Below are positions 10,322-18,566 of a stretch of 64,000 bases of DNA, in pieces. The stretch's first letter is position 1; every line of letters begins with the position of its first letter. The translations under genes and the position numbers were made by a program. The DNA is taken from positions 4,340-68,339 of the forward strand of contig CAVZNQ010000042.1 in NCBI GenBank assembly GCA_963776665.1. Direction: 5' to 3'. The DNA comes from an uncultured Alphaproteobacteria bacterium (lineage in GTDB: Bacteria > Pseudomonadota > Alphaproteobacteria > Rhizobiales > Beijerinckiaceae). The notes under the pieces are model-generated. The model was not told the DNA's origin. It worked only from the letters and a program-made list of their open reading frames with translations, and did no database searches.

Positions 10322-10600
10322 CTATTGCGGCCTCGAGGCAGCAACCGACGCACCTTGACGAAGGCTCAGTTGTCTTTGCGCCTCGTCAAAGCTCGCGTGT
10401 ATCTCGCGGGCGACCTGCTCATAGAGCAATCTGTGTTTGCGAGAACGCATTTGCACAGAAAGCTCAGCCAGATATGAGGCTTCAGCGTGCGCGCGAAGAC
10501 CAAACCGTTTTATCAGGTCCGTCGCAGTTGCTGTGACCTCATCTCTCCGCGGGTCAAAGAATGGCAATCGCATCGGGAGGCCCAAAACCGGACGGGGCAT
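10322..10600 (-). CDS. Hypothetical protein
   Basis: Plausible helical ORF; start uncertain. Confidence 0.4.
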   Translation of the reverse strand: MPRPVLGLPMRLPFFDPRRDEVTATATDLIKRFGLRAHAEASYLAELSVQMRSRKHRLLYEQVAREIHASFDEAQRQLSLRQGASVAASRPQ

Positions 10601-10843
10601 GTCCTCGATCACAGTCTGCCAACCCTCATCGGCTTCAACGGGAACAGACGTCGGACGTCCTGTGGATTGCGTGGACAACTGGTCCTTGGCGGTGTCCTCC
10701 CGATGAATCCTGCGCCCGGCGCGCGTTTTTTCCGCCTCTCGGCCGCAGGCGGGGTCCGAAGACCGGTCCTGGCCGTTTGGCAAAAACGGACGCGAGCTCA
10801 AGGTGCGGCCGGTAGGCGCGCGAAGGCACATGAGGGAATTAAT

Positions 10844-10868
10844 TGAACTTTTGCGCCAGGGTGGAGTT
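10844..10868 (+). promoter_or_regulatory. Degenerate sigma-EcfG-type promoter
   Basis: TGAAC-N16-AGTT, 8 nt before ATG 10877. Confidence 0.4.
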
Positions 10869-10876
10869 TCGCCCTT

Positions 10877-11252
10877 ATGGGAGAACCTGGAAGGCCAAGT
10901 GCTGCAGTTCTGATTGTCGAGGACGAGCCTCTAATCCGAATGGGCGCGGTTTCTCTAATCGAGGACGCTGGCTTCGAGGTGTATGAGGCGGGAGCGCCGA
11001 CGCAGCGATTGCTTTGCTCGAACGGCACAAGGAAATTCGCCTTATCTTCACCGATGTCGATATGCCGGGCTCGATGGATGGGCTTAAACTCGCCCACTAT
11101 GTCCGCGGCCGATGGCCACCGGTTAAAATAATTGTCACTTCGGGGCACGTAAACGTCACCGAGGAAAGCTTGCCGGCTGGCGCACTCTTCCTCCCAAAAC
11201 CATATGACCCGCTGAGATAACACACAGAGTAAGAGAGATGCTGGCTGCCTAG
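10877..11252 (+). pseudogene. Single-domain response regulator with two 1-nt homopolymer deletions (possibly sequencing error)
   Basis: VLIVEDEPLIR / IFTDVDMPGSMDG..LA / IIVTSG / FLPKPYD; frame breaks near 10991 and 11209. Confidence 0.85.
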
Positions 11253-11386
11253 TCTCAACCTTGATGGTTGCGTAGCTCGGACTGCCGCCGAGTCATAGCA
11301 GAGCCGCTCGTTTATTGTAGTGAGCAGGTCCCGGTTCCTGAGACAGCCGGTTAAGGTGGATCCGACGATGAGAAGGACGGACCATC

Positions 11387-11668
11387 ATGAAGACGCGCAG
11401 ACGTTTTACGGCTGAGTTCAAAGCGAAGGTCGCACTGGAGGCGATGCAGGGTCATCGAACGATCACGGACCTTGCGAGCAGGCACGAGTTGCATCCCAAT
11501 CTGATCATGCAATGGAAGCGGCAGGCGATCGAGAAGCTGGCCAAAGTCTTCGATGACAAAGCGCCTGAGATTCAGGCAGGCCGGGATGCCGAGATGACGA
11601 AGCTGCACGCCAAGATCGGCCAGCTTGTCGTGGAACGCGATTTTTTGGCGAAAGCCTTCGATCGTTGA
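11387..11668 (+). CDS. IS3 transposase OrfA
   Basis: RRRFTAEFKAKVALEA HTH; T6 run (GATTTTTTGG) near the end is a probable -1 frameshift site. Confidence 0.9.
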   Translation: MKTRRRFTAEFKAKVALEAMQGHRTITDLASRHELHPNLIMQWKRQAIEKLAKVFDDKAPEIQAGRDAEMTKLHAKIGQLVVERDFLAKAFDR

Positions 11669-12522
11669 GCCTTGATCGGAGGAGGACCATGATCGACCCC
11701 GATCATCCACGGCTCTCGATTGTCCGCCAGTGCGAACTGGCGTCAGTCTCGCGGGCGTCGTTCTATCGGGAGCCGGCCGGCGAGCGCGAGGAGAACCTCG
11801 TTCTCATGCGGCTCATCGACGAGGCATTTCTCGACTGCCCGTTTTACGGCGCGCGCCAGATGATGCGACATCTGCGCCGCCTCGGCTGGAAGGCCGGTCA
11901 CAAACGAGTCCGCCGACTGATGCGCAAGATCGGCCTCGCCCCGATCTATCAAGCGCCAAAAACCAGCGCGCCGCATCCACGACACAAGGTCTACCCGTAT
12001 CTGTTGCGGCATCTGACCATCGGGCGGCCCAACCAGGTCTGGTGCGCCGATGTCACCTACATCCCGATGCGGCGGGGCTTCCTTTACCTTGTCGCCATCA
12101 TGGATTGGGCGACGCGAAAGGTTCTGGCGTGGCGTCTGTCGAACACGATGGAAGCCGACTTCTGCGTCGCGGCGCTTGAGGAAGCCCTCGCCAGATACGC
12201 AACGCCGGAAATCTTCAACACGGATCAGGGGGCGCAGTTCACCAGCTTCGCATTCACGACGACGCTCAGGGATGCCGAGGTCCGGATCTCGATGGACGGG
12301 CGCGGACGCTGGATGGACAACGTCTTCATCGAACGGCTGTGGCGCTCGCTCAAATACGAATGCGTGTTCCTGAACGCGTTCGAGACCGGCGGCGCGGCGC
12401 GGGACGGGATCGGCCGATGGTTCGACTACTACAATCGGCGAAGACCACACTCGGCGTTGGGCGACAGGACGCCCGACGAGGCCTATGCTATCGAAATCGA
12501 CCTGGAGAATTTGGCGGCGTAA
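11665..12522 (+). CDS. IS3 transposase OrfB (DDE)
   Basis: WCADVTY...NTDQGAQF...DNVFIERLWRSLKYE. Confidence 0.93.
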   Translation: MSLDRRRTMIDPDHPRLSIVRQCELASVSRASFYREPAGEREENLVLMRLIDEAFLDCPFYGARQMMRHLRRLGWKAGHKRVRRLMRKIGLAPIYQAPKTSAPHPRHKVYPYLLRHLTIGRPNQVWCADVTYIPMRRGFLYLVAIMDWATRKVLAWRLSNTMEADFCVAALEEALARYATPEIFNTDQGAQFTSFAFTTTLRDAEVRISMDGRGRWMDNVFIERLWRSLKYECVFLNAFETGGAARDGIGRWFDYYNRRRPHSALGDRTPDEAYAIEIDLENLAA

Positions 12523-12562
12523 CCACCAATCCGATCCACCTTAGCCAACCCGCCAAACTGTC

Positions 12563-13181
12563 TCAGATAACGGCGCCAGCTCTGTCCCAGACCTTGTCCC
12601 GGTCCTCGTCGAAGATCAGCGTGGGATCGGCCTCCGCAAGTCCCCAAGCGCGCAGTTCGATCTCGCGTTCGAGTTGGTCGGGTCCCCAGCCGGCGTAGCC
12701 GAAGGCCACGAGGATTTTGGCCGGTCCTTTCTTGGCACCGATGTCCCGCAATACATCAAGGCTCGACGTCATCGAAACACGATCATTTACGGTCACGGTC
12801 TCCGGGCGATGGTAGTCGGCGCTGTGCACGACGAAGCCTACTTCCGGCTGGACCGGGCCGCCTGAGAACACGCGCACGTCGCCGCTAGCGTCGCCGCCCT
12901 TTTGGCCAACCGCCTCTAAGACGCTTGCGATCGAGGTCTCCCCGATCGGCTTGTTGATGACGATCCCGACGGCGCCGTCCGGGTCGTGCTTGACGATCAA
13001 AATGACTGTGCGCTCGAAATGCGGGTCACCCATCGAAGGCGCGGCGACCAGCAACTGACCCTGCCAACGAAGGTCGAGCCGGCGCTTCATCCGGATTCGC
13101 AGGCAACGCCGCGCATAGGAGCGCCGTCTGTAGGACGTACGCGAAAATCACGCCGAGAAGACGCCACCCAATCGCGGACAT
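12563..13181 (-). pseudogene. YqgE/AlgH family protein with signal peptide; +1 frameshift near 13061, C-terminus cut by IS3
   Basis: LLVAAPSMGDPHFERTVI...GGPV...GYAGWGPDQLEREI; last codons (GAVI*) come from the IS end. Confidence 0.85.
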
Positions 13182-13367
13182 GGCTCGCTCGCGTTCATGG
13201 GGCGGACCGAAGCTAGCACGCGCGCAAGGTTCTCGGACGGAGTTGGTGGGCGCCCTTTCGACCGCGAAGCGTCGGGTAAGTCCGCAGTCGCGGCGCCCAA
13301 TTTGCCGCGAGCGAACCGCTATCCGGCATAGGCGCAGCGGAGGCAATCATCGGAAACTACTCACGCG

Positions 13368-13404
13368 AAAAAGCCCCGCGCTAAAGAGAACACTAGCGCG
13401 GGGC
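13368..13404 (-). terminator. Intrinsic terminator (module B)
   Basis: GCCCCGCGCTAG-tgttctct-TTAGCGCGGGGC-TTTTT. Confidence 0.75.
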
Positions 13405-13427
13405 AGAACTGGCGCCCGGAGTAACCG

Positions 13428-13452
13428 AACACCACCAGCGCCTGATTGTTCC
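13428..13452 (-). promoter_or_regulatory. sigma-EcfG-type promoter
   Basis: GGAAC-aatcaggcgctggtgg-TGTT; near-identical to 5837-5861. Confidence 0.65.
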
Positions 13453-13599
13453 GGTCAAACAAAACGGCCGCCGTGTCGCCCGTGCTCGCCGAAATGAACC
13501 TCGAGCCCGACGTCGCGCTGGGGAAATCGTCGCGGCAAGATCCTACTTCTGGTATGATTCCCGAGCGCCGGGCGCGCTTGCGAGCAAGAAGGGGTAGGT

Positions 13600-14322
13600 A
13601 TGCGCCGATACTTGGATAGCATCACCGCGTTCGGCATCGGCTTGGCGTGGCTGCTCGGCGACACTGAGACGTCCCCAGCGCAGGACAATTCGGTCACAGC
13701 GATCGACATCGCGCTAGAGCCCGATGCAACGATGGTTCAGCATGCGCGCGCTGACAACGCCCGCCTCCTCAAGGACTTCCCGGAGGGCTTTGCTCTGGAC
13801 GCGACGCACCATCCGCATATCACGATGCTCCAGCAGTTCGTCCGCACAGCTGACCTCGACAAGGTCTACAGCGGCGCCAAACAAGTTCTGATCAAAGAAG
13901 ATGTTGCAGACTGGAAACTCAAGGCGTTCAAGTACTATTACATCCCCGCGCCGCCGAACGGTATTGCAGGCATTGTGGTGGAGCCGACCGAAGATTTGAT
14001 CCGGCTGCAGCAGGAGTTGCTCGACGCGGTTGCTCCCTTCACGGAAAAGACCGGAACGCCTGCAGCTTTCGCGAGCACTGAGGGCGGAAGGGACATCCAA
14101 CCGGGTTTGATCGACTACGTAGCGAATTTCGTGACGGTCGCAGCCGGCAAGAAGTTCAATCCGCACGTCACGATTGGCGTCGCCCCTCAGACCTATCTCG
14201 ACAAGATGTTCGCCGAGCCGTTCGAGGCGTTCACGTTTGCGCCGGTCGGCGCGGTGGTCTACCAGCTCGGCACTTTTGGCACGGCTCGCAAGGAACTTCA
14301 GACGTTCCCGCTAACGCGCTGA
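13600..14322 (+). CDS. 2H phosphoesterase (2'-5' RNA ligase superfamily), probably exported
   Basis: Two HxT motifs (PHITM, PHVTI); hydrophobic N-terminus ending SPA-Q. Confidence 0.75.
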   Translation: MRRYLDSITAFGIGLAWLLGDTETSPAQDNSVTAIDIALEPDATMVQHARADNARLLKDFPEGFALDATHHPHITMLQQFVRTADLDKVYSGAKQVLIKEDVADWKLKAFKYYYIPAPPNGIAGIVVEPTEDLIRLQQELLDAVAPFTEKTGTPAAFASTEGGRDIQPGLIDYVANFVTVAAGKKFNPHVTIGVAPQTYLDKMFAEPFEAFTFAPVGAVVYQLGTFGTARKELQTFPLTR

Positions 14323-15136
14323 TCGTATCGGGGACAAACTCAAGGCCCGGTGGGCCTAAAGGCGAGGAGCGCCCGTCCGCGTCGAGCACGCGCATGGTGA
14401 GGGCGCCAGGGCGCCGCCTATCCCCGCGCCCGGATGTTCTGGCGAACTTCGTGGTAGCGCGAAGTAGTGCCTGACGCGAAACAATTCTTGGGCGGCGGAA
14501 CACGACTATTTCACGCTGTTCGCGCTGTCCTTGATAGAGCGCTACATTTGCTTTTGTCGTCGTCGCGCTTAAAACCGTTGGGTCCGAATTGTCGATGCCG
14601 CGATGGCCCAACGAGAAACGTTTGGCAACGTCGGCATCTAGGGTCCAAGTGCTCCTGATCGGCTGATCTCGGTCTTGGCCGCGATAGAGCACGAAGCGCT
14701 CCGGAAGGGCATCATGACGGGCTCGATCCTCCGGCGACATGCAGTCGGGCGTCCAGGCCGCCTTTCGCCTGCGAATGAGCCTGCCGAATTCATGCGGCAC
14801 TGCGTCAAAGCCATTCCACTGATTTGCAAGAGTGGGCCAGAACAGCTCATCGGGGCAAATGTGGTCGAAAATGAATGCGACGACGAGAGGCCTCACGGTG
14901 GAACCGTAGAGTGTAAGAACCACGTCAATGGTTTTGAGGGAGGGGTCCGCGATGAGCGATCTCCAAGACGCCTCGTGCCGCTCCTTTTCCCTCTTGTGCC
15001 CCTTCTCAAGCTCCTTACGCCATTCGACAGGCAGTCCGGAGTCCATCTCAGCTCTCGCGACAGGGTAGAATTCGGTTCTTTGTCGCCATTTGGCTTCGAT
15101 GCCGGGCAGCAATTTTAGGACAAGATCGGTTTTCAT
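14231..15136 (-). CDS. Hypothetical protein with ADP-ribosyltransferase-like (R-S-E) C-terminal domain
   Basis: LYRG ... STWTLD..VA..F ... QREIVV; tail reads through into an unrelated fragment. Confidence 0.55.
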   Translation of the reverse strand: MKTDLVLKLLPGIEAKWRQRTEFYPVARAEMDSGLPVEWRKELEKGHKREKERHEASWRSLIADPSLKTIDVVLTLYGSTVRPLVVAFIFDHICPDELFWPTLANQWNGFDAVPHEFGRLIRRRKAAWTPDCMSPEDRARHDALPERFVLYRGQDRDQPIRSTWTLDADVAKRFSLGHRGIDNSDPTVLSATTTKANVALYQGQREQREIVVFRRPRIVSRQALLRATTKFARTSGRGDRRRPGALTMRVLDADGRSSPLGPPGLEFVPDTISALAGTSEVPCEPCQKCRAGRPPRRPAQT

Positions 15137-15510
15137 GATGGCTAGCGTGCGCTATCACGTGTTGATCATGCAAGACCGTAGTTTCACTCATTGACAGATT
15201 AAAGACCGGCCGCCGAGTCGCCCCGACGGCCGCGGAATCGTGGTTGTGGCAATTGCGCCACGGTCGGTTGCAAACAGCAAAGTTCGAGCGGCTGAATGTG
15301 GCACTATCTTGGCAAACTTAGTAAGATAATGCGGCCACAGGTTCGCGCCCGTGAAGGGGTAGCGAGCGCAGACCCGGCGGACGGTGGGGGGACATGCGCG
15401 TCAAACCCTCCACTGTCCGCCGGATCCCTACCCCCAATCGCGAAAACTACCCGCAATAAAGGCGACCACGCAAGCTTTTTGCGTCGGGGGACAGAATAGC
15501 GTGAGCATCG

Positions 15511-15697
15511 CTAAGATAATGTAAATTTCCATGCGGCCAACATGATCGAAAGTTGGGCGCCTCCATTCATCAAGTGAAGCACTTGGTCGGAATTTATTAA
15601 TTTATTAGGGTCCGGACCCATAAAAGTGGTTGGCATGATGTCCGGCTTGTGATTCACGGCTTCCGAAAGGAAGCGCTGATAAATCGGGACTTTTTTT
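15511..15697 (-). pseudogene. AT-rich 3' gene remnant interrupted by IS66
   Basis: Low-GC coding stretch that stops at the IS66 end at 15698. Confidence 0.4.
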
Positions 15698-15801
15698 GTA
15701 AGCCTCCGGGCGAGGGCCGCCTGGACGGTTGGCGAGAGGGAGCGATAGTGCGCTAAGAGTGGCACGAGGATAGTGCCCATCAGTGATCATGGGCATTATC
15801 G

Positions 15802-16194
15802 ATGAAGTTGGACGCCGCGGATCAAGCGCTGAACCCGAGAGAGACGCGTCGACGGCGTTTTTGGTCTGAGGATGAGAAGCGGCGGATGGTCGCCGAGAGT
15901 CTGGCGCCGGGCGCGTCCGTGTCGAAGGTGGCGCAGCGCTCCGGGGTGAACGCGAACCTTCTGTTCACTTGGCGACGACAAGGCGCAGCGGGCGTTTTGC
16001 AGACGACCGCGAAAGCGATTGAGCTTTTGCCGGTGAAGGTCGCGGACGAACCAACGACGCCGTCTGGACGAACTCCGGCAGCGCCTGCCGGCCGAATGGA
16101 GATCGCGCTCGTCGGCGGCGAGCGGATTGTCGTCGGCGCGGACGTGGACGCAGCCGCCCTCGCGCGCGTGGTCAACGCGCTGTGGCGGCGATGA
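15802..16194 (+). CDS. tnpA: IS66 accessory protein TnpA
   Basis: RRRFWSEDEKRRMVAESLAPGASVSKVA...NANLLFTWRR. Confidence 0.88.
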   Translation: MKLDAADQALNPRETRRRRFWSEDEKRRMVAESLAPGASVSKVAQRSGVNANLLFTWRRQGAAGVLQTTAKAIELLPVKVADEPTTPSGRTPAAPAGRMEIALVGGERIVVGADVDAAALARVVNALWRR

Positions 16195-16244
16195 TCCCGA
16201 TCCCGAGTGGCGTTCGGGTGTGGCTGGCGACGGGGCACACCGAC
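16191..16244 (+). pseudogene. tnpB: IS66 TnpB N-terminal fragment
   Basis: MIPIPSGVRVWLATGHTD, then unrelated sequence. Confidence 0.85.
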
Positions 16245-16412
16245 AAGTTGGGGCGGCGTTGTTCTGGGCCATCAGGGGTTTCCGCTCTTAAGGGCCGCGT
16301 GTTGATAGTGCCCGATCGGGAGAAGCGGCCTACGATGGCCACAGACGACCATGAGACCGATAGCGTTGATGGCAGCATCCTGACGCTAATTCCAAGAACC
16401 TGTAGGGGAAAA

Positions 16413-16439
16413 GGAACGACGCTGACATCTGTGCGTTCC
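16413..16439. promoter_or_regulatory. Bidirectional sigma-EcfG-type promoter
   Basis: GGAACGACGCTGACATCTGTGCGTTCC matches GGAAC-N16-CGTT on both strands. Confidence 0.7.
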
Positions 16440-16535
16440 AGTCATAGCGCAAGGCGGCAGTTGGATGGTTCGCCGCAGTGGAGACCTACGGTGGCCGGGC
16501 GGAAACGCTGTCTGGCGCAAAGAAGGGTGGCGATC

Positions 16536-16733
16536 ATGGACGATCCTGGTAGCGATCATGACATCCGGACCAAGATGGCGGACGCGCAAGGGTTTTTAGA
16601 AGCGCTGGAGGGTGGCAACTCACACATCGGCACCCCTTTCGAGGGGCGCACCGAGGCTAAGATTCAGGAACTGCGACGCCAGATCGCTATGTACCAATCA
16701 GTAATTGCTGAGCGCCAAGCCAACCGGTCTTAA
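16536..16733 (+). CDS. Small hypothetical protein
   Basis: 65-aa ORF after AAGGGTGG, downstream of the EcfG site. Confidence 0.5.
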   Translation: MDDPGSDHDIRTKMADAQGFLEALEGGNSHIGTPFEGRTEAKIQELRRQIAMYQSVIAERQANRS

Positions 16734-16789
16734 ACGCGAGCACGCGGCTGACGTGAGCGGGCCCTGTCAGGTTGCCGAAGGAGACACCC

Positions 16790-16876
16790 ATGGATATGAC
16801 AATTCTTCTCATCATCGTCGTTATCGTGCTTTTGCTGGGCGGCGGCGGCTTCTATGGACGGGGACGCTGGTGGTGA
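16790..16876 (+). CDS. 28-aa small membrane protein (DUF3309-like)
   Basis: MDMTILLIIVVIVLLLGGGGFYGRGRWW; GAAGGAGA RBS; below the ORF-track cutoff. Confidence 0.8.
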   Translation: MDMTILLIIVVIVLLLGGGGFYGRGRWW

Positions 16877-17002
16877 GCACCTGCTCGACGGCCTTAAGAA
16901 GCGAACCGTTCGGCAAGTTGGCTGAGTGGCTCGTCCTGCACAGCGCGCTGTGACTCTATCTTAGCCAAGATATCGGAGCCCTTGAAGGAAGATACGGTCG
17001 GC

Positions 17003-17558
17003 ATGAAGCTCGAAATCATCGTCGCCAGCACGCGTCCGTCTCGGGTCGGCCATCTAATCGGGCAGTGGGTTCACGAGCGCGCCGTCGAGCATGGCAAGTT
17101 CGACATCGACCTCCTCGATCTCGCGAAGTTCCACCTGCCGCTATACGACGAGCCGAAGCATCCTTCGCTTCAGCAATATGAGCACGATCATACGAAGCGA
17201 TGGGCGGCGAGCGTCACTTCGGCCGATGCGTTCGTCATCGTCACCCCGGAATACAATTATGGGCCTCCGCCCTCGCTCATTAACGCATTTGATTATGTTT
17301 ATAAGGAGTGGAACTATAAACCAGCCGGTTTCGTCAGCTACGGGGAAGTCTCTGGCGGGCTTCGCGCCGTCCAGATGGAGAAGAGACCCTCACCACGTTG
17401 AAAGTCGTGCCAATCGTCGAGGCGGTCGTCATCCCATGGTGGCGCAATCGATCGCCGACGGGCGGTTCAAAGGCAACAGGCTGCAAACACAGGCCGCGAA
17501 GGCCATGCTGGACGAACTCCTGCGCTGGGCGGTAGCACTGAAGACGCTGCGAGGGTGA
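17003..17558 (+). pseudogene. NAD(P)H-dependent FMN reductase, copy 2 (two 1-nt deletions in the 3' third)
   Basis: Intact MKLEIIVASTRPSR; frame breaks near 17384 and 17435 relative to copy 1. Confidence 0.8.
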
Positions 17559-18019
17559 CGTCTGGCTCATCGTCTCGACCTCCTTAGGGCCAAAGGGCTT
17601 TTGGCCTCCATGGCGGCGATCTTGGCCGACAGCAATTCGTTGTCCATGGTGATCTCGCCCACCTTGGATTTCAGTCGGGCGATTTCATCCTCGCGATCGT
17701 CGCGCTCGCGTTCCTTCAGGGCTGACGCCGCGCCGGCGAGCCCTCGCTCCCGCCATTCGGTCAGCTTGGCCACGGAGACATTCGCTTCCCGGGCGACGAC
17801 ATCCAACGGTTCGCCTCGCAACAAACGCGCCACCACCGCCATCTTGCGTTGGACCGAATAGCGCTTCGGTCCTGCATCGACGCCCGAGGGGGCGCCTGCG
17901 CCAGCTATCGGGGAGCGCTCCGGCGCGCCCTCGGGCCTAAGCCCTCCATCAATCCCATTTCGAAACCTCCGGTTGCGGTTCAATTACCGCAGCCAGATGT
18001 CTCAGCTAACCGTGACGCA
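17559..18019 (-). mobile_element. IS3-family remnant (left end, orfA, start of orfB)
   Basis: Terminus TGCGTCACGGTTAGCTGAGACA; orfA 17567-17983; orfB truncated after a few codons. Confidence 0.7.
17567..17983 (-). CDS. Transposase OrfA (HTH)
   Basis: KRYSVQRKMAVVARLLRGE.LD.VARE...EIARLKSKVGEITMDNELL. Confidence 0.8.
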   Translation of the reverse strand: MNRNRRFRNGIDGGLRPEGAPERSPIAGAGAPSGVDAGPKRYSVQRKMAVVARLLRGEPLDVVAREANVSVAKLTEWRERGLAGAASALKERERDDREDEIARLKSKVGEITMDNELLSAKIAAMEAKSPLALRRSRR

Positions 18020-18238
18020 CCCCAGCCCCCGGTCAAAACCTCTTGAAAGAAGGATTTGTCTACACAAACCGGATTCCGTAAAAGCGACGGTAGACGCTTG
18101 GGCGCGGACTGTCGAATTGGAGTGAAATTGTCCGCTTCTGCGATCAATTAATATGAGACCACCTGTCCTATCGGCTTTTTAAAACGCGGATTCTTCGGAC
18201 GCGGGTCCATCATGATCTCTCAAAAAGTCCCGAGGATT

Positions 18239-18556
18239 TCATTTTGGCTGCGGCGCGGGAGCATCGCCTGAAGTCTCTGGCGGCGGCACCACGTTCGAAT
18301 CACCCGTCTTGGGCGCCGGCTTCTCGACGGCCGGATCCACCTCTTTCGGATGGATGACGCCATTCGACTGGCTCAGATTTTCGCTCAGATTCTGGGCTGG
18401 CGCAGTCGCCTTGGCACCGGGCGTAGTCTCTCCTGGAACCGAGTCGCGCGGCGACTTTGGAGTTGGTGCCGGGTTGGGCGCCTGGGCGAATGCCGAACCG
18501 GCGACGAGGGTGACGCCGGCGACCAATAGGCGAAGTCGTGAGCCGATGATCCTCAT
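18239..18556 (-). CDS. Small Pro-rich secreted protein
   Basis: Signal peptide SAFA-Q; LSENLSQSNGVIHP..VDP..EKPAP. Confidence 0.75.
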   Translation of the reverse strand: MRIIGSRLRLLVAGVTLVAGSAFAQAPNPAPTPKSPRDSVPGETTPGAKATAPAQNLSENLSQSNGVIHPKEVDPAVEKPAPKTGDSNVVPPPETSGDAPAPQPK

Positions 18557-18566
18557 GTGTTCTTTA

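Larger units (their letters stand above)
11326..12578 (+). mobile_element. IS3-family insertion sequence, full length (~1.25 kb)
   Basis: Imperfect terminal IRs AGGTCCCGGTTCCTGAGACAG / TGGCGCCGTTATCTGAGACAG enclosing orfA and orfB. Confidence 0.9.
15698..16244 (+). mobile_element. IS66-family left-end remnant
   Basis: GTAAGC terminus at 15698, tnpA, and the first 18 codons of tnpB. Confidence 0.8.

Noticed and set aside
13244-13253. att-site duplicate of the tRNA-Lys 3' end (TGGTGGGCGC)
   Set aside because: Only 10 bp of GC-rich match, no integrase nearby, and the island continues beyond it
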